DNA of 11,731 nucleotides from a virus (Duplodnaviria; Heunggongvirae; Uroviricota; Caudoviricetes): IMG/VR virus record IMGVR_UViG_2778261527_000005; one strand, 5' to 3'. Shown piece by piece: positions 1 to 8,178 of this stretch (position 1 is its first letter; each line of letters starts with the position of its first letter). The notes under the pieces were generated by a model. It saw only the letters and a program-made list of their open reading frames with translations, ran no database searches and was not told where the DNA came from. The position numbers and the translations under genes were made by a program.

Positions 1-617
1 TAGCCTAAATAGGCTGATTCGATGTGTTTGCGGGAAAAAAATCGGCCCAGATCCGCGAAATTTTAATCAGCGAGTCAACTTGGGAAGAAATGACCTGCTT
101 ATTCGCACCTTCCTTAGTACGATGCTGAATATCTGCAACTTCATTGGCACACGTTAATCTGAGGTAATATATATAAATCCCGCATGGTGTATGTACGCCA
201 GGCGGGCTTGCCTGGTTACCCGATAACCAAAGATGACCAGGAAGATGAGTTCAACCAGTTTTCTATTTCAACAGAGAAATTGGGCCTTCCACCTCATTAG
301 ATGTTCATCCTCGTGCTTCAGTTGAAGCACTTGGCGAGCAGTGACATGCTCCTCATGACTCAAGTGGCTTGTTAAATCATAACTAAAGTTCATTTAGTCC
401 GAGCGGACGTTTGTCTTTAACCCAATCAACTACAGTATTGCTTATTTCTGTCAGCGCTCAAGGCTTGTCATTCACACAACCTTTATTATGAGGTAGTCGT
501 GTAGTGGGACGCTGACAACTTTATCACGCTGTACAGCGCTCCTACTGATTGCCGGACAGATAATATCGTTGTGTAAGTAGCGCGAGTGGATCAAACCTGT
601 TTATGAGAAAGTAATTA

Positions 618-1856
618 TCACAGTCTTTTTTTACTGGCAGCATGTTTTATATTCGGATTAATAACGGTTTTGAGTTCTTTATTTTCCCTCTGTGCAAGGT
701 AGGCAAGGATTTCAGTACGTATGTCCTGTTCTTCAATATCATTAATGTTTACCTTAACATTGTTTCTTATAAACCATTTAATAATTTCCTTGTTTTTTAA
801 ACTGACAAGCGGGGTGTCATACCATGAACATAGATTGACATGGCGGAAATCAATGACTTTCTGTGCTTCAGTAATGAATTTTTTAATGTCTTTGTTGGGG
901 TATTTTACTACGCACCGCTCATTAATTTTGTAATCAATATTCTGACTTTGCAATATTTTAATAAGCTCAAGGCAGCCAAAAGTAAGGCGATTAAAAGTTA
1001 ATGGTCTGGATTTAATAAGGTTAATGAAAGGCGTAAGCACGCTGAGACACTGATCAAGTTGAGAGTTGCTGAATATCATGGTCTGTATGTATTCAAAGAC
1101 GGTTTCCCCATTGTTATTAACTTGATTTATATCACAGCCATTTTTGATTAAAATGTCTGTAATTGGTTTTTTATAAGGGTGAAAAATTAAGCTGTTCCCA
1201 TTTCGATCCTGTATGTCAGGATCAAGGCCCGCAGCGAAATAAACATCCAGTAAGTCAGCATCTATGCCGATAATGTTAATGGAATTATGACCATATATAT
1301 CCCTTTGGTTAACATTGATACCTTTCTTAATCAGCAGACGCTTAACGTCAGCCTCACAGACGTAGAAAAGGGCATTTCTTCCATAGCTGTCAGTGTGGTT
1401 AATATCAATACCACTGTCGATGAGTTCTCTGGCTGAGCTTTCGTTGGTTGCAAAGAAAAGCGCATTTTTATCTTCAAGTTCAGTATGGTTTATGTTGATT
1501 CCATGTTTTACCAGTAACCGGGCAAATTCAGCGTCATTGGTGTAAAAGAGCGCATTTCTGCCCAGCGTGTCTGTATGGCTGATATCAATCCCGTTCTCAG
1601 TCAGTACCTTCATAGTTTCTGGGCAGGGTGCATAAAAAAGTGCATTCCTGTTGAATGTGTCAGTATGGTTAATGTTTATTCCGACACTAATCATTGCTTT
1701 CATAAGCTCAGGGTATTTGCAATGAAACAATGCATTCTGGTTCGATGAACTGAGCATATTTATATCCACCCCTACCTTTAATAGTTTTTTGAGTTCTGCG
1801 GGCGATTTTATTTTGAAGAGGTTCAGCGTGTTTTTATTTTGTGATTTCTGGTTCAT
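618..1856 (-). CDS. Ankyrin-repeat protein (about 8 degenerate repeats of roughly 30 aa) with a C-terminal region of unknown function
   Basis: 412-aa ORF with ATG at 1854-1856 and an AAGGAG Shine-Dalgarno a few nt upstream (reverse complement of 1859-1864). The translation shows a tandem repeated unit G-[IV]-[DN]-I-N-H-T-D-x-x-G-R-N-A-L-F-Y, matching the ankyrin pattern G-x-D-x-N-x-x-D-x-x-G-x-T-P-L-H with NALF in place of TPLH, at about 30-aa period. No signal peptide is obvious. Confidence 0.7.
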   Translation of the reverse strand: MNQKSQNKNTLNLFKIKSPAELKKLLKVGVDINMLSSSNQNALFHCKYPELMKAMISVGININHTDTFNRNALFYAPCPETMKVLTENGIDISHTDTLGRNALFYTNDAEFARLLVKHGININHTELEDKNALFFATNESSARELIDSGIDINHTDSYGRNALFYVCEADVKRLLIKKGINVNQRDIYGHNSINIIGIDADLLDVYFAAGLDPDIQDRNGNSLIFHPYKKPITDILIKNGCDINQVNNNGETVFEYIQTMIFSNSQLDQCLSVLTPFINLIKSRPLTFNRLTFGCLELIKILQSQNIDYKINERCVVKYPNKDIKKFITEAQKVIDFRHVNLCSWYDTPLVSLKNKEIIKWFIRNNVKVNINDIEEQDIRTEILAYLAQRENKELKTVINPNIKHAASKKRL

Positions 1857-2189
1857 GTTTTATCTCCTTTGTTATAATGTCAAATAACAATAATCAATGA
1901 ATTTTTGTTTTTCAAATTTATTTTTAATTATTTTAAATGCGAATGATGAAATTCTATTGCATATTAATATGAGAGATAACTTTCTGACATAAAGATAAGA
2001 GAGTGATAATTGAAAAATAACGTCTGAATCGATAGCTGTTTGGTATTCGAATCGATTATGATTTGGCATGCGTCTCAGACGGTGGTTTGAAATATGTAAT
2101 AATGTGGGATCAGCTTAGATGCTGATCCCATATAGTCTGCAGAGGAACGTGCACAGTATTAACGTATCAGCAGAATGAACAGCATTACA

Positions 2190-2300
2190 GGCGTGAGGCA
2201 CCGGGGCCTGCTTTTCTTTTCTGACCGAAGGGAAGAAAAGCAAGGGCAATCCGGAGAAGCAAGCGCAGCGGCTTCGCAGGGTTAGCCCTTGCTTCTTTTA
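2190..2300. other. GC-rich structured element inside an AT-rich spacer (nested inverted repeats; candidate small RNA or terminator-like structure)
   Basis: Seen directly: aagcaagggc (2238-2247) is the exact reverse complement of gcccttgctt (2285-2294). The enclosed loop contains gaagc (2256-2260) and gcttc (2271-2275). Upstream, cttttctt (2211-2218) pairs with aagaaaag (2233-2240). A T-rich run follows at 2295-2300. Function unknown. Confidence 0.3.
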
Positions 2301-2487
2301 TAATTGGCATTATTCATTCAAGAACAATAGGATCTTCGCTTGTACAAGCGAAGCTATAATAAAAAATCAATTAATTATTTTAAAAGTATTAAGCAAGAAC
2401 CTATTGATATTCGTAAAATAAAAGTTATTTTTAATGTATGCCATAAATAAAAAGTTTTATGTCATAGGTATCCTGCACTATGTGCAG

Positions 2488-2536
2488 TTAATGTGCCACT
2501 TGTCCCATATATGGGAATATTGGAAAGGTTACTTTG
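2488..2536. repeat. Dyad-symmetric site containing the perfect 12-bp palindrome CCCATATATGGG; left arm resembles the site at 6512-6562
   Basis: Palindrome cccatatatggg at 2504-2515. The flanking atgtgccact..tgtccc resembles atgtggact..tgtcccc of the upstream site. Lies in the spacer just beyond the 3' end of the ParB-like operon. Confidence 0.4.
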
Positions 2537-3006
2537 TTTTGAAGTAGCCTTTCGTCCTTCAATATTCACGATTACTTATTGCTATTACCAAGTCCAGTCG
2601 AATCGAAGAACATCTTTTATCTGAAACGACTCCTAATACCAGGTTAAAGCCACAATATCTCTCGCATAAGTAGACCAAAGAAAAATTATGATATTAACTA
2701 TGTGATTTTTTTTAGTGTTAAGTTGAATAATTAAATACTGGAGAGTTTTCTGTACACTACTAATTGCTGGTTCATCTGTTCTGCCGCTGATGTTTCTGAC
2801 TAATCTCCCGGTGACACAGAACTGTCCCTCTCTACCAGCCTTTATTCGACTCAATATCCGGCTGCTGATACGCAGTTATCCCTTCGCATCAATGACTGAC
2901 TCTTAAACGTAATGCTTTGGTTGCTGGCGTATCTGACAGCTTCTTCGGCGTGAAGGTCGTTGTGTAAGTATACTTCTTGGTTTATTTAGGCTATATAAAA
3001 CCATGA

Positions 3007-3903
3007 CTATGACTGGCTGTTTTCAGTAAGAGTCTTATCATCCAAAGAATTTATTTTAGAAATTCTTTTTAACTCATTAAGATAATCAACCTCGTTTTCT
3101 AAGAACCAATGAAGAACTTTAGAGTTGCCAAGTAATTTATTAATATATGACTGGATTATAACGAATTTCAACATATCTGAACCATACTCGGTTTGAAGTT
3201 TTTTTGTTTCTTCCGAAGTTGTTGCCATTTCTTGTTCCAGACGAAGTATGGTTTTTTTTATGTCCTTTTTATAGGGAGTGTTTTTCCCTTTATTTACTAT
3301 CATCGATGACGGTGTTGCATCCAAGATGCTCATTGCAAATTTTTTACTATAATTATCAAAATTAATCATTGTACCGACTGCTTCAATTTGACGAATTGGC
3401 TTCATTTTCCTCAAAACGTCAAATGTAGCCTTAGGTATAGGTTTATCAGAAAGTTTCGCAATTACACTTGGATCTATGCCGTTCATCACATTAGCTTTAT
3501 CTTTTATGGCATCAACAGATATGCCCAAAGCGGCACTAAGTTTTTCAATTGATACTTTTGCCAGAGACTTAATTATCATTCTATGTTCTTCAACTACATT
3601 TATATGATTCACTTGTTTGTTAGGAGTGAAAGCATCATCTATGCTCGAAAGTATACATGGAGCTTTTTCTATACCTAAGTCTTTTAAAGCCTCAACCCTT
3701 AAATGGCCATCAAGTATCTTAGTGACATCTTTATCTTTGTCATAGAATACTATTATTGGTTCAATAATACCTAAGCTTTCGATAGAGGTAACTATTTGAT
3801 GATATTTATGGCTTCGCTTTACGTTTTCTAATAATTCCTTAGATGGAATTAACTTATTAGTTTCCAGGTAAATAAAATTATCGCCAAAACGTATCTGAAT
3901 CAT
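3007..3903 (-). CDS. ParB-like N-terminal domain protein with predicted HTH (paralogue 2), third gene of the recombinase operon
   Basis: 298 aa. Contains a ParB/Srx-type motif (KILDGHLRVEAL) and a helix-turn-helix-like segment. Start codon overlaps the stop of the upstream gene (ATGA, 3900-3903). Same length as, and recognisably paralogous to, the 3900-4796 product. Confidence 0.65.
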   Translation of the reverse strand: MIQIRFGDNFIYLETNKLIPSKELLENVKRSHKYHQIVTSIESLGIIEPIIVFYDKDKDVTKILDGHLRVEALKDLGIEKAPCILSSIDDAFTPNKQVNHINVVEEHRMIIKSLAKVSIEKLSAALGISVDAIKDKANVMNGIDPSVIAKLSDKPIPKATFDVLRKMKPIRQIEAVGTMINFDNYSKKFAMSILDATPSSMIVNKGKNTPYKKDIKKTILRLEQEMATTSEETKKLQTEYGSDMLKFVIIQSYINKLLGNSKVLHWFLENEVDYLNELKRISKINSLDDKTLTENSQS

Positions 3904-4796
3904 TTTAATACCTCTTTGTTTACTGGGGTTAATATCTGAGATGGTAGTTCTGAAAGATTCTCTTGTTCAAGTATATGTTGAAAGCTTTTATTCATCATTA
4001 TGATGTTAAAAATCTCATTTACTATTAGTAGGTTGGTTTTTATGAATTTTGAGTTGTTATAAACAGATTTATGTTCAGCGATACTATTTTCATAAAGCTC
4101 AATCAACTCCTCTGCAGTCATCCTTTTTGATGGTTTGTGATAATAAAATCCGGCTGCTTTTGCACCTTTATTCCCAACTGTTCTTTGATTTAGAATGTGT
4201 TTTATCTTTATAATGTCCCGACTTTTTATTAATTTTTTATCATATGCTTCGGTAAGAATATCTTGTGCTTCCTCAGTTTCACATCTTGCAAATTGCACTG
4301 CGAGATACAGAGGCAAATTACCCCGTTCGACTGCTGAGAGAAGTTTATGCTCTCCCTTATCAAGTAGCATATTAATACTGCTCACCCAGTTCGATGAATA
4401 TCCAGTAATCTCACTTATTTCGGAGTCTGAAAGTCCTCTGATTTTCATGTCTTTAATCACCTGTAATAACTCATTAGAACGTGGTCTTCTCCTTGCAATG
4501 TTTTCAACTAAACTCATAACGTAAGCATCTTCTTCTGATACATCTCTTATAATTGCTGGAATAATAGTTTCACCTAATGCAACGAGAGCCTCTATTCTCC
4601 CTTGACCACAAATTAAAGCATATTTGAAATCGCCTTCATCAATAGCTCTTACGCTTATAGGCTTGCTTAATCCTCTTTTTTTTATGCTTTCCTTTATTTC
4701 TTCATGCACTACCTTATTTCTTGTTCGTGGGTTAAGAAATTTTATTTTTGCAATCTCAATTTGAATTATTGGGAATTCATTTTTTTCAGGCAGCAT
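3900..4796 (-). CDS. ParB-like N-terminal domain protein with HTH (paralogue 1), second gene of the recombinase operon
   Basis: 298 aa. ParB-type motif (YALICGQGRIEALVALG) followed by an HTH-like segment (GLSDSEISEITGYSSNWV). Start at 4794-4796 overlaps the recombinase stop (4786-4788) by 11 nt, with GAGGGA as Shine-Dalgarno. Confidence 0.65.
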   Translation of the reverse strand: MLPEKNEFPIIQIEIAKIKFLNPRTRNKVVHEEIKESIKKRGLSKPISVRAIDEGDFKYALICGQGRIEALVALGETIIPAIIRDVSEEDAYVMSLVENIARRRPRSNELLQVIKDMKIRGLSDSEISEITGYSSNWVSSINMLLDKGEHKLLSAVERGNLPLYLAVQFARCETEEAQDILTEAYDKKLIKSRDIIKIKHILNQRTVGNKGAKAAGFYYHKPSKRMTAEELIELYENSIAEHKSVYNNSKFIKTNLLIVNEIFNIIMMNKSFQHILEQENLSELPSQILTPVNKEVLK

Positions 4797-6342
4797 ATAG
4801 TTCCCTCACTTTCATGCGAGTAATAATTTGTAGAAGTTTATCAAGATTATCAAATCTATAGAGATCTAATCGAATGTTGTTTGTTTCCGTCATGCACATT
4901 TTATTATATTCGTTTTCAATCTTTGGTATGATATAAAAATCAAGAGGTGAAATATTTTGTGAATTCATTCGTATAACAATTGTTATGTCTGCTTTCTGTG
5001 AGTTATCAAACCGGACTTTCCATCTAAGTTTACCTGATTTCATATGTATGCATTTAGTAACAAGGACGGAAATTAAAAACTCATCATTGATGTAAAGCAT
5101 TGGGGCATATTTATACTCGTCTATATGACAGTTACTTTTTAAAATTTCACCCTTAAAATCCTCAATTATCTCTGAGTAAAATGATCTTAGTGCTTCATTT
5201 ATTTTGAGATAGCTGTAATCATGTTCTGGCTTATAACCAATCAAAGTATATGCTCTTAAAAGACCACCAAATCGGGTTCTATAAACAGAAGATGAAGGGC
5301 CTGTATCATCTTCATCAATGATAAAGCCTGATAGTTTTCCATTAGATTCTAATTTTTGTTTTAGTTTTTCTAATAGATCTTCATTAGTCAAATGAATGGA
5401 TCGGAGCTGAATTATTTCTTGAGCTTTATTGTATTTTTTCTTTGAAATAATAGGTTTATATGCCTTGTCACATCTAACCCATTCATGTTTGGGGTTTTTT
5501 ACAAGCCTACTTTTTAATTTAGATGAGGTTTTGTTATATATGTTGTTTCCAATATATTTTTCATTTGTCAAAATTTGATGTATTTTTGCACGAGTCCATA
5601 ATGTTCCATTTTCTGCAGGTATGTTCTGTTCATTTAATCTCTCAGCAATAATGAATTCTGGGACGTTATTATCTATAAAGAGATCATATATTCTATTTAC
5701 AATTTTTATTTCATTTTTTGGTCCCGGAATTAATATTACCCTATCTGTTTGAATACTCTTTCTTTTGCGGAAACTCAATATTTCTTTAGCTATGCCATTT
5801 TCGTCTACTAAAAGACGTCTCAGCCCATAACCAGCCATACCGCCTTGATGATAACCAAGCTTTATTAAATTTACTTGCCCTATAAATACCTTTTCAGATA
5901 GATTCCTGCTGTGATATGCAGCACTAGATCTTTTTATATTCAGTATAACAGAGGACTCTAAAGGGAAATCTTTAGTGGGTATAGGTTCGGAACAATATAT
6001 AAGATCTACACCATTTCTCTCAAATAGAAAGGAATAATATGCCGCTTCATCACTATTTTGAAAACGACCAAAACGGCTCACATCATAAAATAATACAGCC
6101 TGTATATCTATTTTCTTTTGTTCTACATCGCTAAGTAACTGCTGCAAAGAATGCCTGCCTACGATACTGACTCCGCTCTTACCTGCATCATCGTAGGTAT
6201 AAGCGATTTCCATATTGTTCTTTTCAGCATAATCTTTGATATATTCGGACTGATTATGTAAAGAATATTGCTGATGGTCGGTAGACATCCTCAAGTACTG
6301 CGCGACCCTAACTCTATGATTTTTTTCATTTTCGCTAGCCAT
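4786..6342 (-). CDS. Large serine recombinase (resolvase-type catalytic domain plus recombinase domain)
   Basis: 518 aa. The N-terminus carries serine-recombinase catalytic motifs (YLRMSTDHQ with the nucleophile Ser, DDAGKSG, VLFYDVSRFGR), followed by a recombinase-domain-like region (WTRAKIHQILTNEKYIGN). GAGG Shine-Dalgarno upstream of the ATG at 6340-6342. Confidence 0.8.
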   Translation of the reverse strand: MASENEKNHRVRVAQYLRMSTDHQQYSLHNQSEYIKDYAEKNNMEIAYTYDDAGKSGVSIVGRHSLQQLLSDVEQKKIDIQAVLFYDVSRFGRFQNSDEAAYYSFLFERNGVDLIYCSEPIPTKDFPLESSVILNIKRSSAAYHSRNLSEKVFIGQVNLIKLGYHQGGMAGYGLRRLLVDENGIAKEILSFRKRKSIQTDRVILIPGPKNEIKIVNRIYDLFIDNNVPEFIIAERLNEQNIPAENGTLWTRAKIHQILTNEKYIGNNIYNKTSSKLKSRLVKNPKHEWVRCDKAYKPIISKKKYNKAQEIIQLRSIHLTNEDLLEKLKQKLESNGKLSGFIIDEDDTGPSSSVYRTRFGGLLRAYTLIGYKPEHDYSYLKINEALRSFYSEIIEDFKGEILKSNCHIDEYKYAPMLYINDEFLISVLVTKCIHMKSGKLRWKVRFDNSQKADITIVIRMNSQNISPLDFYIIPKIENEYNKMCMTETNNIRLDLYRFDNLDKLLQIITRMKVRELYAA

Positions 6343-6511
6343 GCACGAAACCTCATGGATGATTCAATACAATGTAGTGGATAAAATTGATCAAATTTTA
6401 ACCAAATTCAACTGTTTTATCATTGATTAGAGCGAATTTGGTAGATCTTCGAGGTGTATGATAATCGAGAAGAGATGTGAATTATTTAGCTGATATGACC
6501 GACAGCTTTCG

Positions 6512-6562
6512 TTATGTGGACTCAATGTCCCCATTTGTAAATGGCTATGCTTAGTCCACATA
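6512..6562. repeat. About 50-bp imperfect dyad centred on GT (candidate serine-recombinase crossover site or ParB-like operator), roughly 170 bp upstream of the recombinase gene
   Basis: tatgtggact (6513-6522) is the exact reverse complement of agtccacata (6553-6562). The inner arms ccattt/aaatgg flank a central GT (6531-6544). By hand count 18 of 24 arm positions are symmetric. Confidence 0.4.
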
Positions 6563-6624
6563 GGTTAATGGTGTGATTATTAATTCTTTAACTAAATCAA
6601 GATAGTTAATCCATCATGGGAGAG

Positions 6625-7854
6625 TTATGCGGCAATAACTTTGCATTTTTGAGACGAAACATAGTCACTCCACCATTGCATGAGAACCACCCGTTCAGTG
6701 AGATACTCTGCACGATTGTAGGCTGCAATTATTTCATCTTTCTTCGAGTGGGCAAGGGCGGCTTCTAAGACATCAGTCCTAAACTTGCCAGACTCCTCAG
6801 CAGCCGTTCTAGCAATGGATCGCATACCGTGAGCTACAAGCTCACCTCCGAAACCCATACGGATTATGGCCGCATTAGCTGTTTGTTCATGCATGTGATT
6901 GAGTGGAGCTTTGATACTGGGGAACACCCACTCTCTATGCCCGCTGATGACTTTCATTAAATCCAAAACTCGCAAAGCTTCTTTGCTCAGTGGAACTTTG
7001 TGAGGCTTCTTCATTTTCATAAACTCCGCCGGGATGTTCCACATGCCAGTTTCAATATCAATATCTGACCATCTTGTGCGAACAGCTTCACCTGGGCGAA
7101 CCCATGTGAGAAGTTGCCACTCAATCAGTAGCCTTGTTTCCAAACGGATAGAAGCATTGTTTAGAGCAACCAAGAAGCGAGGGAGTTCGGAAGGGGGTAA
7201 TGCTGGCATATTCTGTTTTTTTGGCTTGCTGAACCGTTGCCCCAGGTTGTCTGCCGGGTTGAATTCTATGAGTTCTTCTGTTGCTGCATAGCGGAAAATT
7301 TCATTCAGGCGGGATATGATGCGGCGAAGTGTTTCAAGGACACCTCGTTTTTCTATGGGTTCTAAATGCTGTTTAAGCATTTTAGGGCGAATCTCCTTAA
7401 TTGGGGTATCACCCAATGTGGAAAAGATATTTCTCTCTAGGCTTCGCCAGATGTCGTTAGCATGATCTTGGGAGATGCCTGACGTTTTGACTTTCTCATC
7501 AAGCCACTTCTTGGCTACTGCTTGAAATGTATGTTCCGTGGCATCTTTCAGTGCATTGGCTTTTTGGTTGTTATGAACTTGGGGGTCTATACCATTTGTA
7601 AGCAACGACAAGTATTCATCACGTAAAGCTCGTGCCTTCGCAAGTGTAAGGTGAGGATAGGTTCCTAAGCTCACCTTAGTTCGCTTTTTGGTCACAGGCA
7701 CTGCATATCTGAAATACCAATTTTTCTTCCCTCCCTTCGCCAGGGGAGCGATTCGCAACAGCAAACCATCGCCGTCAAAAAGGTTAACCTCTTTTTCGGC
7801 AGGTTTGGTGCTTTTGATTTCAGTGTCAGTGAGCTTCTTAGCGATTTTGGCCAT
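6625..7854 (-). CDS. int: P4-type tyrosine integrase
   Basis: The supplied ORF runs 6625-7935, but the P4-integrase-like N-terminus (MAKIAKKLTDTEIK..., then FDGDGLLLRI) begins at the internal ATG at 7852-7854. The 27 upstream codons are probably read-through of the att-proximal region. The protein resembles P4-family integrases (recalled from memory). Confidence 0.85.
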   Translation of the reverse strand: MAKIAKKLTDTEIKSTKPAEKEVNLFDGDGLLLRIAPLAKGGKKNWYFRYAVPVTKKRTKVSLGTYPHLTLAKARALRDEYLSLLTNGIDPQVHNNQKANALKDATEHTFQAVAKKWLDEKVKTSGISQDHANDIWRSLERNIFSTLGDTPIKEIRPKMLKQHLEPIEKRGVLETLRRIISRLNEIFRYAATEELIEFNPADNLGQRFSKPKKQNMPALPPSELPRFLVALNNASIRLETRLLIEWQLLTWVRPGEAVRTRWSDIDIETGMWNIPAEFMKMKKPHKVPLSKEALRVLDLMKVISGHREWVFPSIKAPLNHMHEQTANAAIIRMGFGGELVAHGMRSIARTAAEESGKFRTDVLEAALAHSKKDEIIAAYNRAEYLTERVVLMQWWSDYVSSQKCKVIAA

Positions 7855-7951
7855 GTTTGGGACCCTCGATTTTAGGACCCATCTTCGTGGGTCCCATTCA
7901 GGGTGCCATAACTCATAGTTCTCAGCAATTCTCACTAGACTACAATAGACG

Positions 7952-7986
7952 TAAAAAAGCCCGCAGAGCTTGTGCTGTGCGGGCTT
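7952..7986 (-). terminator. Rho-independent terminator (minus strand) between the ssrA fragment and the integrase
   Basis: 9-bp GC-rich stem aagcccgca (7957-7965) pairing with tgcgggctt (7978-7986), 12-nt loop, followed on the minus strand by a U-run (plus-strand A-run 7953-7956). Confidence 0.6.
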
Positions 7987-8020
7987 AGTAGACTTTACTG
8001 AACTTCAGTACATCAATATT

Positions 8021-8050
8021 TGGTGGAGCTGGCGGGAGTTGAACCCGCGT
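8021..8050 (-). other. ssrA: 3'-terminal 30 nt of tmRNA gene ssrA (attachment-site core); a fragment only, with no remainder of the gene upstream
   Basis: The reverse complement of 8021-8050 is ACGCGGGTTCAACTCCCGCCAGCTCCACCA, matching the recalled 3' end of E. coli tmRNA (T-arm plus acceptor plus CCA). Sequence at 8051 onward does not continue as ssrA. Confidence 0.75.
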
Positions 8051-8178
8051 TCTATTAATGGTAAATAACTGTAATTTATAGCTTTTATTTGAAGTAGATC
8101 ACATGCGTATCCTTTGTGGATACTTGAGGTATATGTTATATATAAAACATATATTTACATGAAGTAAATGGATGTTTT

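Larger units (their letters stand above)
1..8050 (-). mobile_element. Partial integrase-associated genomic island (P4-type int at the att-proximal end; cargo = serine recombinase/ParB-like operon and ankyrin-repeat gene); distal boundary lies outside the window
   Basis: P4-type integrase sits immediately downstream of a 30-nt ssrA 3'-end copy with the same orientation (the arrangement seen in ssrA/tRNA-integrated islands). Cargo genes are markedly more AT-rich than the integrase. Left boundary not observed. Confidence 0.55.

Noticed and set aside
2-157. Plus-strand open frame from the window edge to TAA at 155-157 (possible 3' end of a gene)
   Set aside because: Only 51 codons are visible, with no recognisable motif and no start inside the window; cannot be supported as a gene from this sequence alone.
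721-933. 70-aa plus-strand ORF
   Set aside because: Lies entirely antisense within the ankyrin-repeat gene, with low-complexity hydrophobic translation and no RBS; judged a frame artefact.
2190-2300. Retron msr/msd-like non-coding RNA (because of the nested inverted repeats)
   Set aside because: There is no reverse transcriptase gene in the window, so the structure is left as an unassigned structured element.
1872-2854. Short minus-strand ORFs in the AT-rich spacer (1872-2069, 65 aa; 2633-2854, 73 aa)
   Set aside because: No RBS, low-complexity translations, and an AT-rich context that generates such ORFs by chance; the region is better explained as non-coding regulatory or RNA sequence.
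4195-4524. 109-aa plus-strand ORF
   Set aside because: Antisense to the ParB-like gene 3900-4796; Ser/Leu-rich translation typical of the reverse frame of an AT-rich gene.
3007-4796. Interpretation of the ParB-like pair as a classical ParAB plasmid-partition system
   Set aside because: No ParA/Walker-ATPase gene is present anywhere in the window, and the genes are co-translated with a serine recombinase instead.
7034-7918. Two plus-strand ORFs (7034-7291 and 7688-7918)
   Set aside because: Both are embedded antisense in the P4-type integrase gene, which has clear family motifs; no independent support.
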